49,969 nucleotides of DNA. Source: Nemertoderma westbladi. Lineage: Eukaryota; Animalia; Xenacoelomorpha. The DNA lies in contig JAUCBJ010000086.1 of the NCBI GenBank assembly GCA_032718475.1, forward strand, positions 1-49,969. Direction: 5' to 3'. Under the pieces are notes generated by a model, which saw only the letters and a list, made by a program, of their open reading frames with translations, did not search any database and was not told the DNA's origin. Below, one piece after another: positions 21,373-33,139 of this stretch. The number at the start of each line of letters is the position of its first letter. The first letter of the stretch is position 1. Position numbers and translations under genes: made by a program.

Positions 21373-24352
21373 GGAAGCAGGACAATGCGGTCCGAACAAT
21401 TCGGTCCCGGACAATTCGGTCCCATTAATTTTGTGTTTTGGGACCGAATTGTCCGGGTCCAAATTTAATTGGTACTATATAATGGTGAATGTTCTAGAAC
21501 CTTAATATATATTATTATATGGTAGCTAGTGTTTTTTTACTAGCTAGTATTTTTTTGAAAATGAAAATATTTTACTTTTTTTTGTTAACATTATTAGTTT
21601 AATGGTAGCTATTATGGTGTTTTTATGGAGCTTGTGAATTATTTACTAGTGAATTATTTACTAGTTAGTAATAGTATGTATTTAAAATGTTTAAAACTGA
21701 TTTTTTTTATATATTGCGTATGTATTATGTGTTTTTGGTTGGTTAACAAGCCTAAATTATTATCCTAGATAATAGCTGGATCTCATTCAGGGACACTGCT
21801 GAATTTAGATAAAAAAAATTGTACCTCGCCACACGATGTTCTTTTCAGCTTAAACTGTTATAATATCATCAATATTTTTGGTAATTAATATAACAGAATA
21901 AGTAGGCCTAATAGGCCATAGGCAATAATAGATAGGCAATAGGCCTATTGGTACGAATACTGAAACTGAAGTAGGCCTATTATTGTAGGTATATCGGTAC
22001 GAAACTTTATCTAAATTCCAGGAAGTGCTAGGCTTATTGCTGCAGTAGTATTTATTTTGGGGGATTATGTATTTATTTTGGGCAAAAATATATTTGTTTT
22101 TGGCGAAAATGTATTTGTTGTGGGGAAAAATGTATTTGTTTTGGGGGAGAATTTATTTGGTTTGGGGGAAAATGTATTTGTTTTGGGGAAAAATGTATTT
22201 ATTTTGGGCGAAAATGTATTTGTTTTGTGATGGAAATTTGTAATTATTTTGGGGGTTTTGTCATTTATTTTGGTGCTAATAATTGGTTTTGGGGAGCATT
22301 TATTTATTTTGGTATTGAATAATTTGTTTTAGTGTTGAATAATTGTTTTTGGTGTTAAAAAATTTGTTTTGGTGTTTGAATAATTTTATTTGGGGTGACT
22401 TTATTTATTTGGTGTTGAATAATTTTTTTTGGGGTCACATTATTCAATTTGGTGTAAAATAATTTTTTTTGGTGAAATTTTCATCAATTTTGGGATGACT
22501 TTAATTAGTAGCATAAAAAAACACTAGCTACACCTTAATAAATAATATATAATAATGTTCTCGAACACTTACCAATAATAAAAATAAAAAAAATACAGTA
22601 TTTTTTAAATTTAAAAAAATTATAGCTAGTAGATTTTTAAGAATGCTGTGCCGGCTTATCGACAAAATTTCACCGCCACAACTCCCTATCACCCATGACA
22701 TTTGCTAGATCATCCGCATCTTCAAGGCCAGTGTCCTTTAAGATGCGTCTCAAGAAAGTCATGGGCTGCCCACCATGCTTATTCGCTCCATGAGGCTGCC
22801 AAAGTACAAGATTATGCACTGGCTGGTCCTCAAGGCGAAAGCAATGTCCTGCAAAGCGGAGACGATTTTGTTCTAGTGTCAAGCTTGGGGGAACCAATGA
22901 GACACCTCCAATGTTATATAGTGTCTGGTTGGAGATGTGAGCATTGTACTTGACACAATGAACCCGACGTAGCATTCTTGTGAATGTGCCATCCAGAGAT
23001 TTGGTGTCCTCGGCAGTTAGAGCCCAGCATGGACTCCCATAGAGGAGTACTGGAACTACTGCTGCTCTAAATAATCGGACCTTAAGTTTCCGATTAATTC
23101 TCGGGGACTTCCAAATCCTGGAAAGCCTATTCAAGGCTGCCCATGCCTTTCCCTTACGTATTCGAAGGTCCTCACCTGACTTCCGGATCCATGATCCCAG
23201 GTAACAGAAGTCATCCACATGCTCAAGCATACCATCTTTTGAGCTTATGCTCATCCGATCAGAGACTTGCTGAGATCTTTCAAAGTTAACTGTCAAAATT
23301 TTGGTCTTTCTGGAGTTAATAAAAAAAACCAACACTAGAGGCAGCATGTTCTAATGAGCTGAGGAGCCGTTGGACTCCCTCTAGTGATTCTGAGAGTACT
23401 CCTAAGTCATCAGCAAAGTCTAGATCAGTTAGGTTCTTGGCAGGATTTCCTCGAATTCTGGAGCCAGTAGGTGGAGTTATCATCACCCCATCATCATTAT
23501 GATGATCTAAGGACATGCGTAGAACATAGTCAGTCAACAACAATTATGAACAAGAATGGTGCAAGTGTGTCTCCCTGGAGGACGCCCCATATCACTTCAA
23601 ATGGTTCTGTGTCACCGTCAACAGTAGACACAAATGTTGTCGAACCATCGTATACTGATCTGATTGCTGCAATAATTTCATCAGGAATCCCATATAATGA
23701 AAGTATGCTCAACATACGTGAGCGAGAGACTGAATCAAAGGCCTTGAAGAAGTCAACAAAGATAACAGCCAGATGCCTGTCTTTCTTTTTTGATAACTCT
23801 TCAATTATCCTTCTAAGTGCCAAAATGGGCTCCATGGTCCCACGACCTTTACGGAACCCATTCTGATTTCCACGGAGCAGTCTCTCAATGGGATCTCTGA
23901 TGCGATTTAATAGAATTCTATTGTATAGCTTTGCAGCAATTGAGATCAATGAGATTCCCCGAAAAGAACCATAGAGTGTTAGGTTGCCCTTCTTGGGAAC
24001 TGGCACCAACTTATTTGTTTTCATTTCTTGTGGAACTCTTGTTGTACGGTACATGTCTACTATGATGGGATAGATGAGCTTTTTACCAAAAAATATATCT
24101 ACTACAGTAATGTTCTAGAACATTCACCAATATCAAAAAAGCACTAAAAAGTTGCTATCAGGAACCGGACAAATCGGTCCCGGACAATTCGGTCCAGACA
24201 AATCGGTCCCGGACAATTCAGTTCCATTTATTTAGTGTTTTGAGACCGAATTGTCCGGGACCGAGTTGTCCGGACCGAATTGTCCGGGACCGAATTGTCC
24301 GGGACCGAATTGTCCGGGACCGAATTGTCCGGGAACGAATTGTCCTACATCC
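21373..24352. mobile_element. Non-autonomous Mutator/MULE-like DNA transposon with 9-bp TSD, carrying a nested RTE
   Basis: TIRs GGAAGCAGGACAAT / ATTGTCCTACATCC with subterminal GGACAATTCGGTCCC 15-bp repeats at both ends. An identical 9-mer ATTTATTTA flanks both sides (21364-21372, 24353-24361). Internal T/G-rich ~21-bp repeats at 22050-22500. Confidence 0.8.
22635..24060 (-). mobile_element. RTE-clade LINE fragment (RT domain, frameshifted)
   Basis: VPVPKKGNL...FRGISLISIAAKLYN, QNGFRKGRGT, FVDFFKAFDSV, GVLQGD, FADD, LRFAGHC. Near-identical to 16100-17020. Confidence 0.9.
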
Positions 24353-24419
24353 ATTTATTTAATGTATATATGGACCAACTCAGTTGTGATTTAGAGCATT
24401 GACAGCTGTTACAGTAGAA

Positions 24420-25080
24420 GCAAGATGGGCAGAATGCGATCGTGTCCGCAGGTATTCGGGGGGGGGGGTACTGGCTTTCAATTTTTTTTCGAATTTTTTT
24501 TTCTATTTCACCTAGAGTAGATTTTTATCAAAATTCCAAATATGAAAACCATTTAGCCAAATCTGTCTTACTTATCGAGGAGATATGGCTGTCTGTCCGT
24601 TTTACTGTCAGTCTGTCCGTCAGTACCGGTATGTCTCCAAAACAATAAAAAACATAATATCTATCTAAAAAATCTCCTATAGGGGTTTTCTTGGTCCGTA
24701 ACTTCATTTCTGATATCAGTATTCAAATTGGGCCTAGTCGTTTCTGTCTGTATGCCTGTCCGTCAAAATATGACGGCCTGACAGCCAAACATTCAATTTG
24801 GAAGTCATCAAATGATAAATCTGACACTCGAAATGAATTCTGCGACCAGGAAAACCCCTATAACTAAGACTGTGTGTGCCCTTTTCTACGGACAGATTGT
24901 CGGATAGTCAGAAAGGCAGATAGACAGACAAACAGACTAACTAGAGTTCATTAAAGTGAAATCTGACCTCAGAAATGAAATCAGCGACCAGGATAAGCTA
25001 GGTTTTGTGGTTTCGTGTTGATACATATAGTGACAGACATTCTCACATATTAACCGACAATTTTTGCGCGGGAAGGTTCA
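24420..25080. repeat. Non-autonomous DNA-repeat remnant with GTCTGTCCGT microsatellite and internal inverted repeat
   Basis: TATAGGGGTTTTCTTGGTC (about 24678) versus GACCAGGAAAACCCCTATA (about 24844); CTGTC/GACAG repeats on opposite sides. Confidence 0.45.
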
Positions 25081-27384
25081 AACTTTAAAGGCAATTATCT
25101 CGGAATGGTATTTTTTCATTTTTAAAACACATCTCCTCCGACATTTTTCAACCGTTGTAAGTTTTTGGTATCAAATGAAAGCTACTAGTGCGCGCAATAA
25201 TAAAATTCGAGCAGTTTTTTTTTAGTTATGCAATTGTTCATCTGTTATAACATTTTTTACGAAAAGAAACAGTGCTGTTTTTTTTAATTTAAAAATTATT
25301 TTGAAAAATAGTGGTAATTTCCATGAAAAGTTCGAAACAAAAATTCTGCTAAAAATTTTTCACGTAATCGGCCATGTTGATTCCAAAAATACAGGTTACA
25401 ACTTCTAAAAATAAAGCATAACAAAGGAGATACATTTTAAGTAAAAAATTTAGATTTTGGCTCTGGCCGCTAAGGGGCGTGAAATATGATTTTTTTTTTA
25501 AATATTACAATTCAATGTAGTACACAGGCGAGTGAAGTTTCTAGAAGGGATCAGTTTTGTACTTCTTAACACAAAATAAGTAGTTAGTTAAAGTCAGATG
25601 TAAAGTTGGATTTATTAAAAGAAAAGATAACAAAATCAAATAATTCCCATCAAAATATCGCCTCGCCTGACTTTATAACAATTAAATATTTTAATATTCC
25701 ATTTAATACCTCAACAACGATTGCACAATTAATAATATCAACAATTATACAGTTATTACAAACTGCGTAAAATAATATAATTCTAGATGATTTCTAACAA
25801 GATTTGGGGCGAGCCGTATGGGTAGGCCGTGTACGTATTTTTTAATAATATGTTGCATATATATTTTTTGTAAACATGATCACATTCGGGACCGAGAGTT
25901 TACATTTTACATTTAGTCAGTTTATGTGACGGCGTAAATAAAAAAATGGTTTCAGGCAACTTATATCACTTTATATCACACAAATTATTATATCACCAGA
26001 AATTGTGCATATTTTCTCCCTATACTGACAACATCTTGTTAGAATTCATTACAATAATTAATTAGGCTCTTAAATAATTATCAATTATTATATAATTAAC
26101 TTCTTTACTATAAATTATTATATTATAAGTTAATGTTAATAAATAATATTGGAGTGATATTAATGATACCGATAGAACACGTTGTCCGTTGGGTAAATAA
26201 CTACTTATTAACATAAACTAAAACAACATCTAACACTAAATAACATTATAATATAGACCAGTAAATTCTATAAAACGAGAAATGCGGGAGTAACGTAACT
26301 GAGCAAATAGGAGATACAGATAGACTCCGTTCGACTCAAACCCCCGCCCCCCACATGAACAAATAACAATTATATTGTGGTATATTTATATAATTTCCGT
26401 TGGTCAACTGAAATTATATAAATATATATCAATATCAAATATATATAATTCATACTTACACTTACGCGACTCAGTACTGCTCAAATACTTTCAGTTTAAC
26501 ATATAGAGATGGGGAATACTCAGCGCAATCAAAATTGAAAACTCTACAGGGGAAAATCGACACAAAAAATACTCTGTATCTCTACTAAAATAAAAATGAA
26601 ACCTCTTCTCTTCTGTTAACTTTAGTTTATTGTTTTGGTTAGAATAACATGCCACTGTAACCGGCTCCTAAACCTTTATTATTATGGTAGATACCAACGA
26701 GATATTAATTCGCCGAGCTGTGATTTATGTCAATATTTCCCCGTCTGTCTCCAGTTCAATTATATAAAATTTTAAACTAAACGTGTTATGTTATAGATGT
26801 GGGGCGAGCCACCTAGTGAGCTATCGAATTATTTATATTTAATTAAATTAAATAATACTAAATGTTACACTCCATGTGCAACGCGCTGTTTCCACAGCAA
26901 CTTGTAGCATACCGTAACCACGCAACCATACACGCACATAACAATTAGAAACTAATTCGACCTAATAAATACCCAACGATATATTATTAGCGAGATTGGT
27001 AGCATTGAATGGCTATACCCATAAATAAAATTAAGTAGTAATGAATAAGGTTGGCAAGATTTTATAATTCAAATCAGTTTCATTCCATAACTCCGTGAGA
27101 TTTGCATTAAACAGTTACATTATAATGACGTGACGTGCATCAAAAAACAGTTCGGCGTAACCAGTAAATACACGGAATTATTATATCGGTGGGTTTGCAT
27201 GCATCGATGAATGTGTCTGTGAGTGAGTGAGTGCAATATTAGTAACTGTGTAGGGATTTACGGAATTATTATTTGGGAGTTGCGGGACTTTCAAATAGTT
27301 TAAAGTAAAATAGACTAAAAGTTTGAAATTATAATAGTATATAGGCCTACTGCGATGATCGGCAGTAAACTAAACTCGTAAACC

Positions 27385-27750
27385 CAGGATGCTTCGCCGG
27401 GTACACAACATAGCATATGATGCACACATAAGCAATGAGGTGTTATATAAATATGGTAACATCTCATTGCCAAGACCTAGCATCACCCTGCAGAAACGCC
27501 GTCTAATGCTTGCTGGGCAGTGTTTCCGCCGGCAGGATCAACCTGTACACAACCTTGTGCTGTGGCAGCCTGCTGGCGAGAATAGACGTGGTGGACAGCC
27601 ATTGACTTTCCTCAAACGCCTGCTCAAGGACACAGGACTTGAGAACAGGAATGAATTAGGAAATTGTATGGCTGACCGCAAGATCTGGGGGCGCTATGTT
27701 TCTGGAGCCGCCGGCACTGCACCCTAGTGCAAGCCGATCATCATCATCAA
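27385..27750 (+). mobile_element. RTE-clade LINE 3' fragment (second subfamily)
   Basis: MLRRVHN..YDAHISN..LY, RRLMLAGQC, LVLWQP, MADRKIW; (CAT)n tail at 27737-27749. Confidence 0.85.
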
Positions 27751-28191
27751 ACTCGTTTGGTATAATATGTAATTAGTAAAACAACATTGAACACACAACA
27801 AGAGGGTCAATGGGGCATATTTTATCGTTACATACCTAAAATATAACCAAATTAATTATTTTGATACCATATGTATAACCCAAAATATAATTTTTTTGTT
27901 ACTAAGAACAATAAGTAACCGGCAACAAAAATAATGAATTCATCACCAAAATTAGGATTTAAATAAATTTGATTTAGTATCTTTTATACTTTGTTGAGTT
28001 ACTGTAACCTGCTCTTTTCCTTAATTTATAACCTAAACATAATTATTAGCGAAAGTAATTAAATTTTCAAACTTATTACCATTATAGTAAACTTGGTGAT
28101 AATCGCCCCACATATTCTTATTTTGGTGATGTATTCCGTATTTGATTCAGTAATTTATTTATTTATGCTTATTGTTTCTGCTTATTAATTA

Positions 28192-28753
28192 GTTGTAACA
28201 TTGCAGTAACAGTTTGTAACATTGCAGTAACAGTTTGTAACATTGCAGTAACAGTTGGTAACATTGCAGTAACAGTTTGTAACATTGCAGTAACAGTTTG
28301 TAACATTGCCGTAACGGTTTGTAACATTGCAGTAACAGTTTGTAACATTGCAGTAACAGTTTGTAACATTGCAGTAACAGTTTGTAACATTGCAGTAACA
28401 GTTTGTAACATTGCAGTAACAGTTTGTAACATTGCAGTAACAGTTTGTAACATTGCAGTAACAGTTTGTAACATTGCAGTAACAGTTTGTAACATTGAGG
28501 TAACACTTTGTAACATTTCAGTAACAGTTTGTAACATTGCAGTAACACTTTGTAACATTTCAGTAACAGTTTGTAACATTTCAGTAACAGTTTGTAACAT
28601 TGCAGTAACAGTTTGTAACATTGCAGTAACAGTTTGTCACATTGCAGTAACACTTTGTCACATTGCAGTAACAGTTTGTAACATTGCAGTAACAGTTTGT
28701 CACATTGCAGTAACACTTCGTCACATTGCAGTAACAGTTTGTATTTGTAACAT
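28192..28753. repeat. 21-bp minisatellite (GTAACATTGCAGTAACAGTTT)n
   Basis: About 26 copies built from two GTAACA-headed subunits. It explains the MLQTVTA, CYKLLLQ and NCYCNVT ORFs. Confidence 0.95.
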
Positions 28754-29178
28754 TGATATGATTTGGTGTCGTCATATTATAATTATTTTCATGCAATTAT
28801 TTTTACGTGAGAAATTTAAACATCCAACTACAACATTTAATTAATTATTTATCATAATAAATCCAATAGTTTATATATAATACTTTAGTTTAACAGACTA
28901 CATTAAAAAAACAAATTAAACGAAATCTAAACAATAAATCTAAAACCAATTAACAATTCAAATAATCATTAATCTAGAAAATACAATAATGTTGGAATCG
29001 ATGCACAAATTCAATCAACTAGAAGGCGGTTTATTTAACTTCCTTTTACGTTAAACAAAATCTTTATTTATAACGACTACCGGTACATACACTAAATATG
29101 TGCCATTAACACTCCCAACGAGTAGTCGGACTATCATCATTAACTTAGTGCATTAATTATTTAATTAATTATAATAAC

Positions 29179-32100
29179 TCACGGCATCGTAGTGATTAAC
29201 GTCTTGCACTCCTCTAGTAGACTGGATAGGAACTGACTGTCGCTACTCTTAGCGTTAAGGGAAACCTTCCCATCTGGTTGACACTTAACTAAGAGACACA
29301 GATGGTCGTCTCTAACCGAGACGCCGTACAGCGAGGCCGTGTCCCCGATCCGTTCTACGACGTGGAGACGGAGAAAGAAACTCAAATGGGCGAGGAGGAC
29401 TGGGAATGAGAGAGCGGGATGTGTGAGAACGACCGAGGACTTGTCGGAGAGTTGGGTGCCGGCGAGGAGGTCGGCAAACCGGTCCGCCGAGATCGGGGAA
29501 CCCGTGAGGAACGCGGAACACCGCAACGGGAGTTTAAAGTCGAGTTTCTCGCTGGTGGAGGAGCCGTCTTCCCGGTTGAGCGCTGTGAGGGTCAGCGTAC
29601 CGCGGAGCGTCTGGGCGACCCCGATGGCCGCCACGGTGAACCGGAGACCGGCCTCGTTCGCGGTCCCCGGCGGCAGTTGGAACTCCGGCCGGATTCCCTC
29701 CCCGGGGCGATCCCGACTCAGCTTCGCGTTCAACGAGTCCAGCACGTTGAGTTCGAGGTTCTTTAGTTGCGAACCGTCGGTGAGATTCCGGAAGAGTACC
29801 GAGACGACCAGCTGGTCCGTGCTGGACGGCAGACAGCGCAGGTCGTAGTCCATACGGACGGTTTTACTCTCGGCTAGCAACTTGTAACTACTCAACGCCG
29901 GCATCTCCTCTTCTACAACCAACTCCTCAGCCGGCTCCACTGTACCCTCAATCTCCTCAACATCGTCGCGACTTCTCGTCTTCTTCTTCAACTTCTTATG
30001 TTTCTTCTTCCGACTCGGCGGCTCCTCCACTTCAACCTTCTCTGTTTTCTTATCCTCCTTATCCTTCACTCCGTCCTCCTTCGCAACTTTCTCGGGAGTC
30101 AACCAGAAATCAATGTCGTCCATTGACGGTTCCGATGGTTTCCCGGAAGGTTCCGGAGATTTCCCGGATGGTTCCGGAGATTTCCCGGAAGGTTCCGGAG
30201 ATTTCCCAGAAGGTTCCGACGTTTTCTCCGACGGTTTCCGGGATGACTTTCGGCCGGAACGTTTCGACTGTTTCGGCTCGGTGGGCGACTCCGTCTTCCT
30301 CTCCTCCGTGGCTTCCTCAACTTCCTTAGGATCTTCCACCTCGACTTCCCGATGTTGTTTCCCCTTTTTCTTCCCCTTTTTTCCCTCGCTAACCTCAAAC
30401 CCCTTCAACCCCGCCGATTTTCGTCGCTTCTTCCTCCCCTTCTCCCCCGCCAGGCTCCCATCCTCCCCTCCCTTCTCCCCTCCCCTACTCCCCTTCAACC
30501 CCCCCGCGTCCCGGTGCCCACGTATCGGCAACACATCCCCGTCACCCAACGGCGCGTCCAATGGGACATCCAGCCGCCGGTGGGGGTCGTTCTCGTCTTC
30601 AACTTCCTCGTCCGTCGACTTGGCGTCTTCGGGCAGCTCCTCCGCCACGATATCAACGACGTGCATCGCCGGAATGTCCTCCTCCTCCGAGGAACTCGCG
30701 TACTTGCCCTTCTTCTTGCGGTTCTTCTTCACCTTCTTCCTGACCTTCTCGTACTCCTCCGAGGTGCGAGTGAACCCGGGGATGCTGAGCGGTATGGTCA
30801 CATCCTTCTTGGAGAGGCGAACCACCGGAGGCGGTACAACTGACTCCTCCTTCTCTACCTTCCGCCCGACCGACTGCTTCAGATAGTGCGGATTCTCCTT
30901 CTGCTCGCTCCTCCGCTGCCTCCGACGCCTCTCCAACTCCTCCTCATCCACCTCCACGTACTTGCGCTCCTCCTCGGTGGCTACGAACTCCCCCCTCCAG
31001 CCCCCTCCCCGCTCCTCCGCCGGCTCCTCCACTGGCTCCGCGTTGATCCACCGATCCAGATCCAAGCCCTCCGGCACCGGGACCTTCCGCTGGGCCTTCG
31101 GGGCCACGGGGTTCAACTCGCCCACGAACAGGCCGCCCACCACCTCGCCCACCCACTCGCCCCGTCCCTGCGCCTTCCGCACGTACTTGAGCATCTGGAG
31201 GGCGACGCAACCCCGCTCCTGCACCTCGAGGTACGGACTATCCACGAAGACTGGCAGCCTCCCCACCATCTCGTCGGTGAGTTCCATCGCCACCGCTGCG
31301 TCCCCCGCGGCCTCGGCATCCCCCACCAACCGCGCGTACAGCTTCAACGCATTGTGCACGTAGATGGACTGCACATTGCCGGGGAGACTGGTGACGCGTG
31401 GCTCTACCAGACCAAGGAGAGTCTCCCTCGGTGTGGGTAGGAACTCGTTGAACTCCCCGGCGATCCAGGCCGCCGCGTACAGCACCTGCGGCAGTCCGTG
31501 CGAGTCGCTCGCCGTCGTCGCCGTCACCAACAACCCCTCGTTGCTGATCATCGCGGCCATCTGCTGCACTGCGTACTCCCGTATCGAGCGAACCCGGATC
31601 GCAACGTCCATCATCTGACTCGCTATCACGAGCCCGTGTCGGGTCCCTTCCATCTTGGTGAGCTCCACGAGGATACTGATGTACCACTCAAAGTTGGAGA
31701 TGTATTGGTAGTTAGATTGGCTGCAGATGTCGATGATCTTGCAGAGAAGTTCGTCGCGGTAACTGGTCCCCTCCGATTTGTCCATGTGGACCATGAGTTT
31801 CTTTACGATCTCCATCAGGTTCTTACGGGATACCATCCCGTAGATGAGGCCCAGGGCCCGAATCCTGATGCTTTCATCTCTGTCGTCTAGACAGGTCATT
31901 ATGAGGTCCTTGTGCGCCTGGACAGACTTGGGGTGGCTCTTTAAGATTCCGCTCATTGCGAGCAAGCCGAGGTACTTGAGGTTCTGGTCGGAATCTTCGA
32001 TAAGTATTCGGAGTTTCTGCACGCAGAGCTGGATGGAGGCGTTCTGGTGGGACATCCCGGAGGATATCGATATGAGTACCGCGACCACCGTGTTTATACA

Positions 32101-32934
32101 CTCGTACAAAAGAGACATGGCGGATGTGCTGTGGATGAGGTTGGTGAGCGGTTCGATGAGTTTCTTACCGAGTCGCGGTTCCAACGGTGTCAATGCGCCG
32201 AATAGCTTGATGATCTTAATGAGCATCCAGTTGTTTGTGGAGCCGGTCATTAGTTTGAAGAAGGTCGGCGCGAGGAACAGATAGTTCTTCGGGTTGCGAC
32301 GTGCCAACTCGCAGATAACGTTAACTGCCGCGCTCTGGACGCCAGCATCTGGGTCCTCTAGTTTCTCCTTTAATCGCAAAAAGGCTGGCCTCAAAGATTC
32401 TGGGTATTTGAGGAAAACCTTGTAGAGAACTAGGATAGCCTTCTTCCGGAGATACGGACGGGTTGAGGTTAGCAGAGAGAGAAGGTCGTTGACAAGATCT
32501 TTAGCGAGGTCCGCTGTCATAAAGCATGAGAGACCGGCTAGGGATATACCGGACTCGTATATGTGTTGGCTGGTAACGTCTTTGCGTATCATATTTGTCG
32601 TCAGCATTATAACATCTGTATCGTCGTGGAATGATTGAACCGCGGCCAAATAACCGATTCTTTTGAAGGTGAACTTCGGTGAACTCATGACTTCTATTAT
32701 ATTAAAGGCAGCCCAGCTGATGTCATATCCCAACATCTGTAGGTAAGTGAGTTTCTGTATTGCGTTCGCCTTTCCGTCAATGTTGTTCTGCTTTAACTCA
32801 TGTTTGATCTCCTCGATACATTGCATAACATACTTGGACTCATTATCTTTGTTGGCTCTAATTCCCCGAATCATATCAGACATATTCTTATCGAAAACTC
32901 TCTCGACACTCGATTTAACCCTCTGCAATGCCAT
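29179..32934 (-). CDS. AP3D1: AP-3 adaptor complex subunit delta (single coding exon, about 1251 aa)
   Basis: MALQRVKSSVERVFDKNMSDMIRGIRANK..ESKY, LTYLQMLGYDISWAAFNIIEVMSS.KFTFKRIGYLAA, adaptin trunk, ELNPVAPKAQRKVPVPEGLDLDRWIN hinge and C-terminal ear domain. The conserved start Met is at 32934, preceded by an acceptor-like TTCAG|TG. Confidence 0.97.
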   Translation of the reverse strand: MALQRVKSSVERVFDKNMSDMIRGIRANKDNESKYVMQCIEEIKHELKQNNIDGKANAIQKLTYLQMLGYDISWAAFNIIEVMSSPKFTFKRIGYLAAVQSFHDDTDVIMLTTNMIRKDVTSQHIYESGISLAGLSCFMTADLAKDLVNDLLSLLTSTRPYLRKKAILVLYKVFLKYPESLRPAFLRLKEKLEDPDAGVQSAAVNVICELARRNPKNYLFLAPTFFKLMTGSTNNWMLIKIIKLFGALTPLEPRLGKKLIEPLTNLIHSTSAMSLLYECINTVVAVLISISSGMSHQNASIQLCVQKLRILIEDSDQNLKYLGLLAMSGILKSHPKSVQAHKDLIMTCLDDRDESIRIRALGLIYGMVSRKNLMEIVKKLMVHMDKSEGTSYRDELLCKIIDICSQSNYQYISNFEWYISILVELTKMEGTRHGLVIASQMMDVAIRVRSIREYAVQQMAAMISNEGLLVTATTASDSHGLPQVLYAAAWIAGEFNEFLPTPRETLLGLVEPRVTSLPGNVQSIYVHNALKLYARLVGDAEAAGDAAVAMELTDEMVGRLPVFVDSPYLEVQERGCVALQMLKYVRKAQGRGEWVGEVVGGLFVGELNPVAPKAQRKVPVPEGLDLDRWINAEPVEEPAEERGGGWRGEFVATEEERKYVEVDEEELERRRRQRRSEQKENPHYLKQSVGRKVEKEESVVPPPVVRLSKKDVTIPLSIPGFTRTSEEYEKVRKKVKKNRKKKGKYASSSEEEDIPAMHVVDIVAEELPEDAKSTDEEVEDENDPHRRLDVPLDAPLGDGDVLPIRGHRDAGGLKGSRGGEKGGEDGSLAGEKGRKKRRKSAGLKGFEVSEGKKGKKKGKQHREVEVEDPKEVEEATEERKTESPTEPKQSKRSGRKSSRKPSEKTSEPSGKSPEPSGKSPEPSGKSPEPSGKPSEPSMDDIDFWLTPEKVAKEDGVKDKEDKKTEKVEVEEPPSRKKKHKKLKKKTRSRDDVEEIEGTVEPAEELVVEEEMPALSSYKLLAESKTVRMDYDLRCLPSSTDQLVVSVLFRNLTDGSQLKNLELNVLDSLNAKLSRDRPGEGIRPEFQLPPGTANEAGLRFTVAAIGVAQTLRGTLTLTALNREDGSSTSEKLDFKLPLRCSAFLTGSPISADRFADLLAGTQLSDKSSVVLTHPALSFPVLLAHLSFFLRLHVVERIGDTASLYGVSVRDDHLCLLVKCQPDGKVSLNAKSSDSQFLSSLLEECKTLITTMP

Positions 32935-33139
32935 CACTGAAGGTTGCATTTGCAATTTAAAAATAATATTTATTTTTATGGAATATCTTCAGAAGAATGA
33001 TTTTATAACATAGGCCTACAACTTAGAGGTCGTCTGAAGATACACTGAAAGTCTGAACCGAAACCCAACTAGAAGTCATGAGGTATTTTCAGATTTTATT
33101 TTGATTATACCGTACCGGTATATTATTACGACAAGTAAT

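Noticed and set aside
28169-28796. Repetitive ORFs (MLQTVTA, CYKLLLQ, NCYCNVT)
   Set aside because: All three frames are open because of a 21-bp minisatellite.
29312-32284. Many overlapping alternative-frame and antisense ORFs
   Set aside because: Shadow ORFs of the GC-rich AP3D1 coding sequence.
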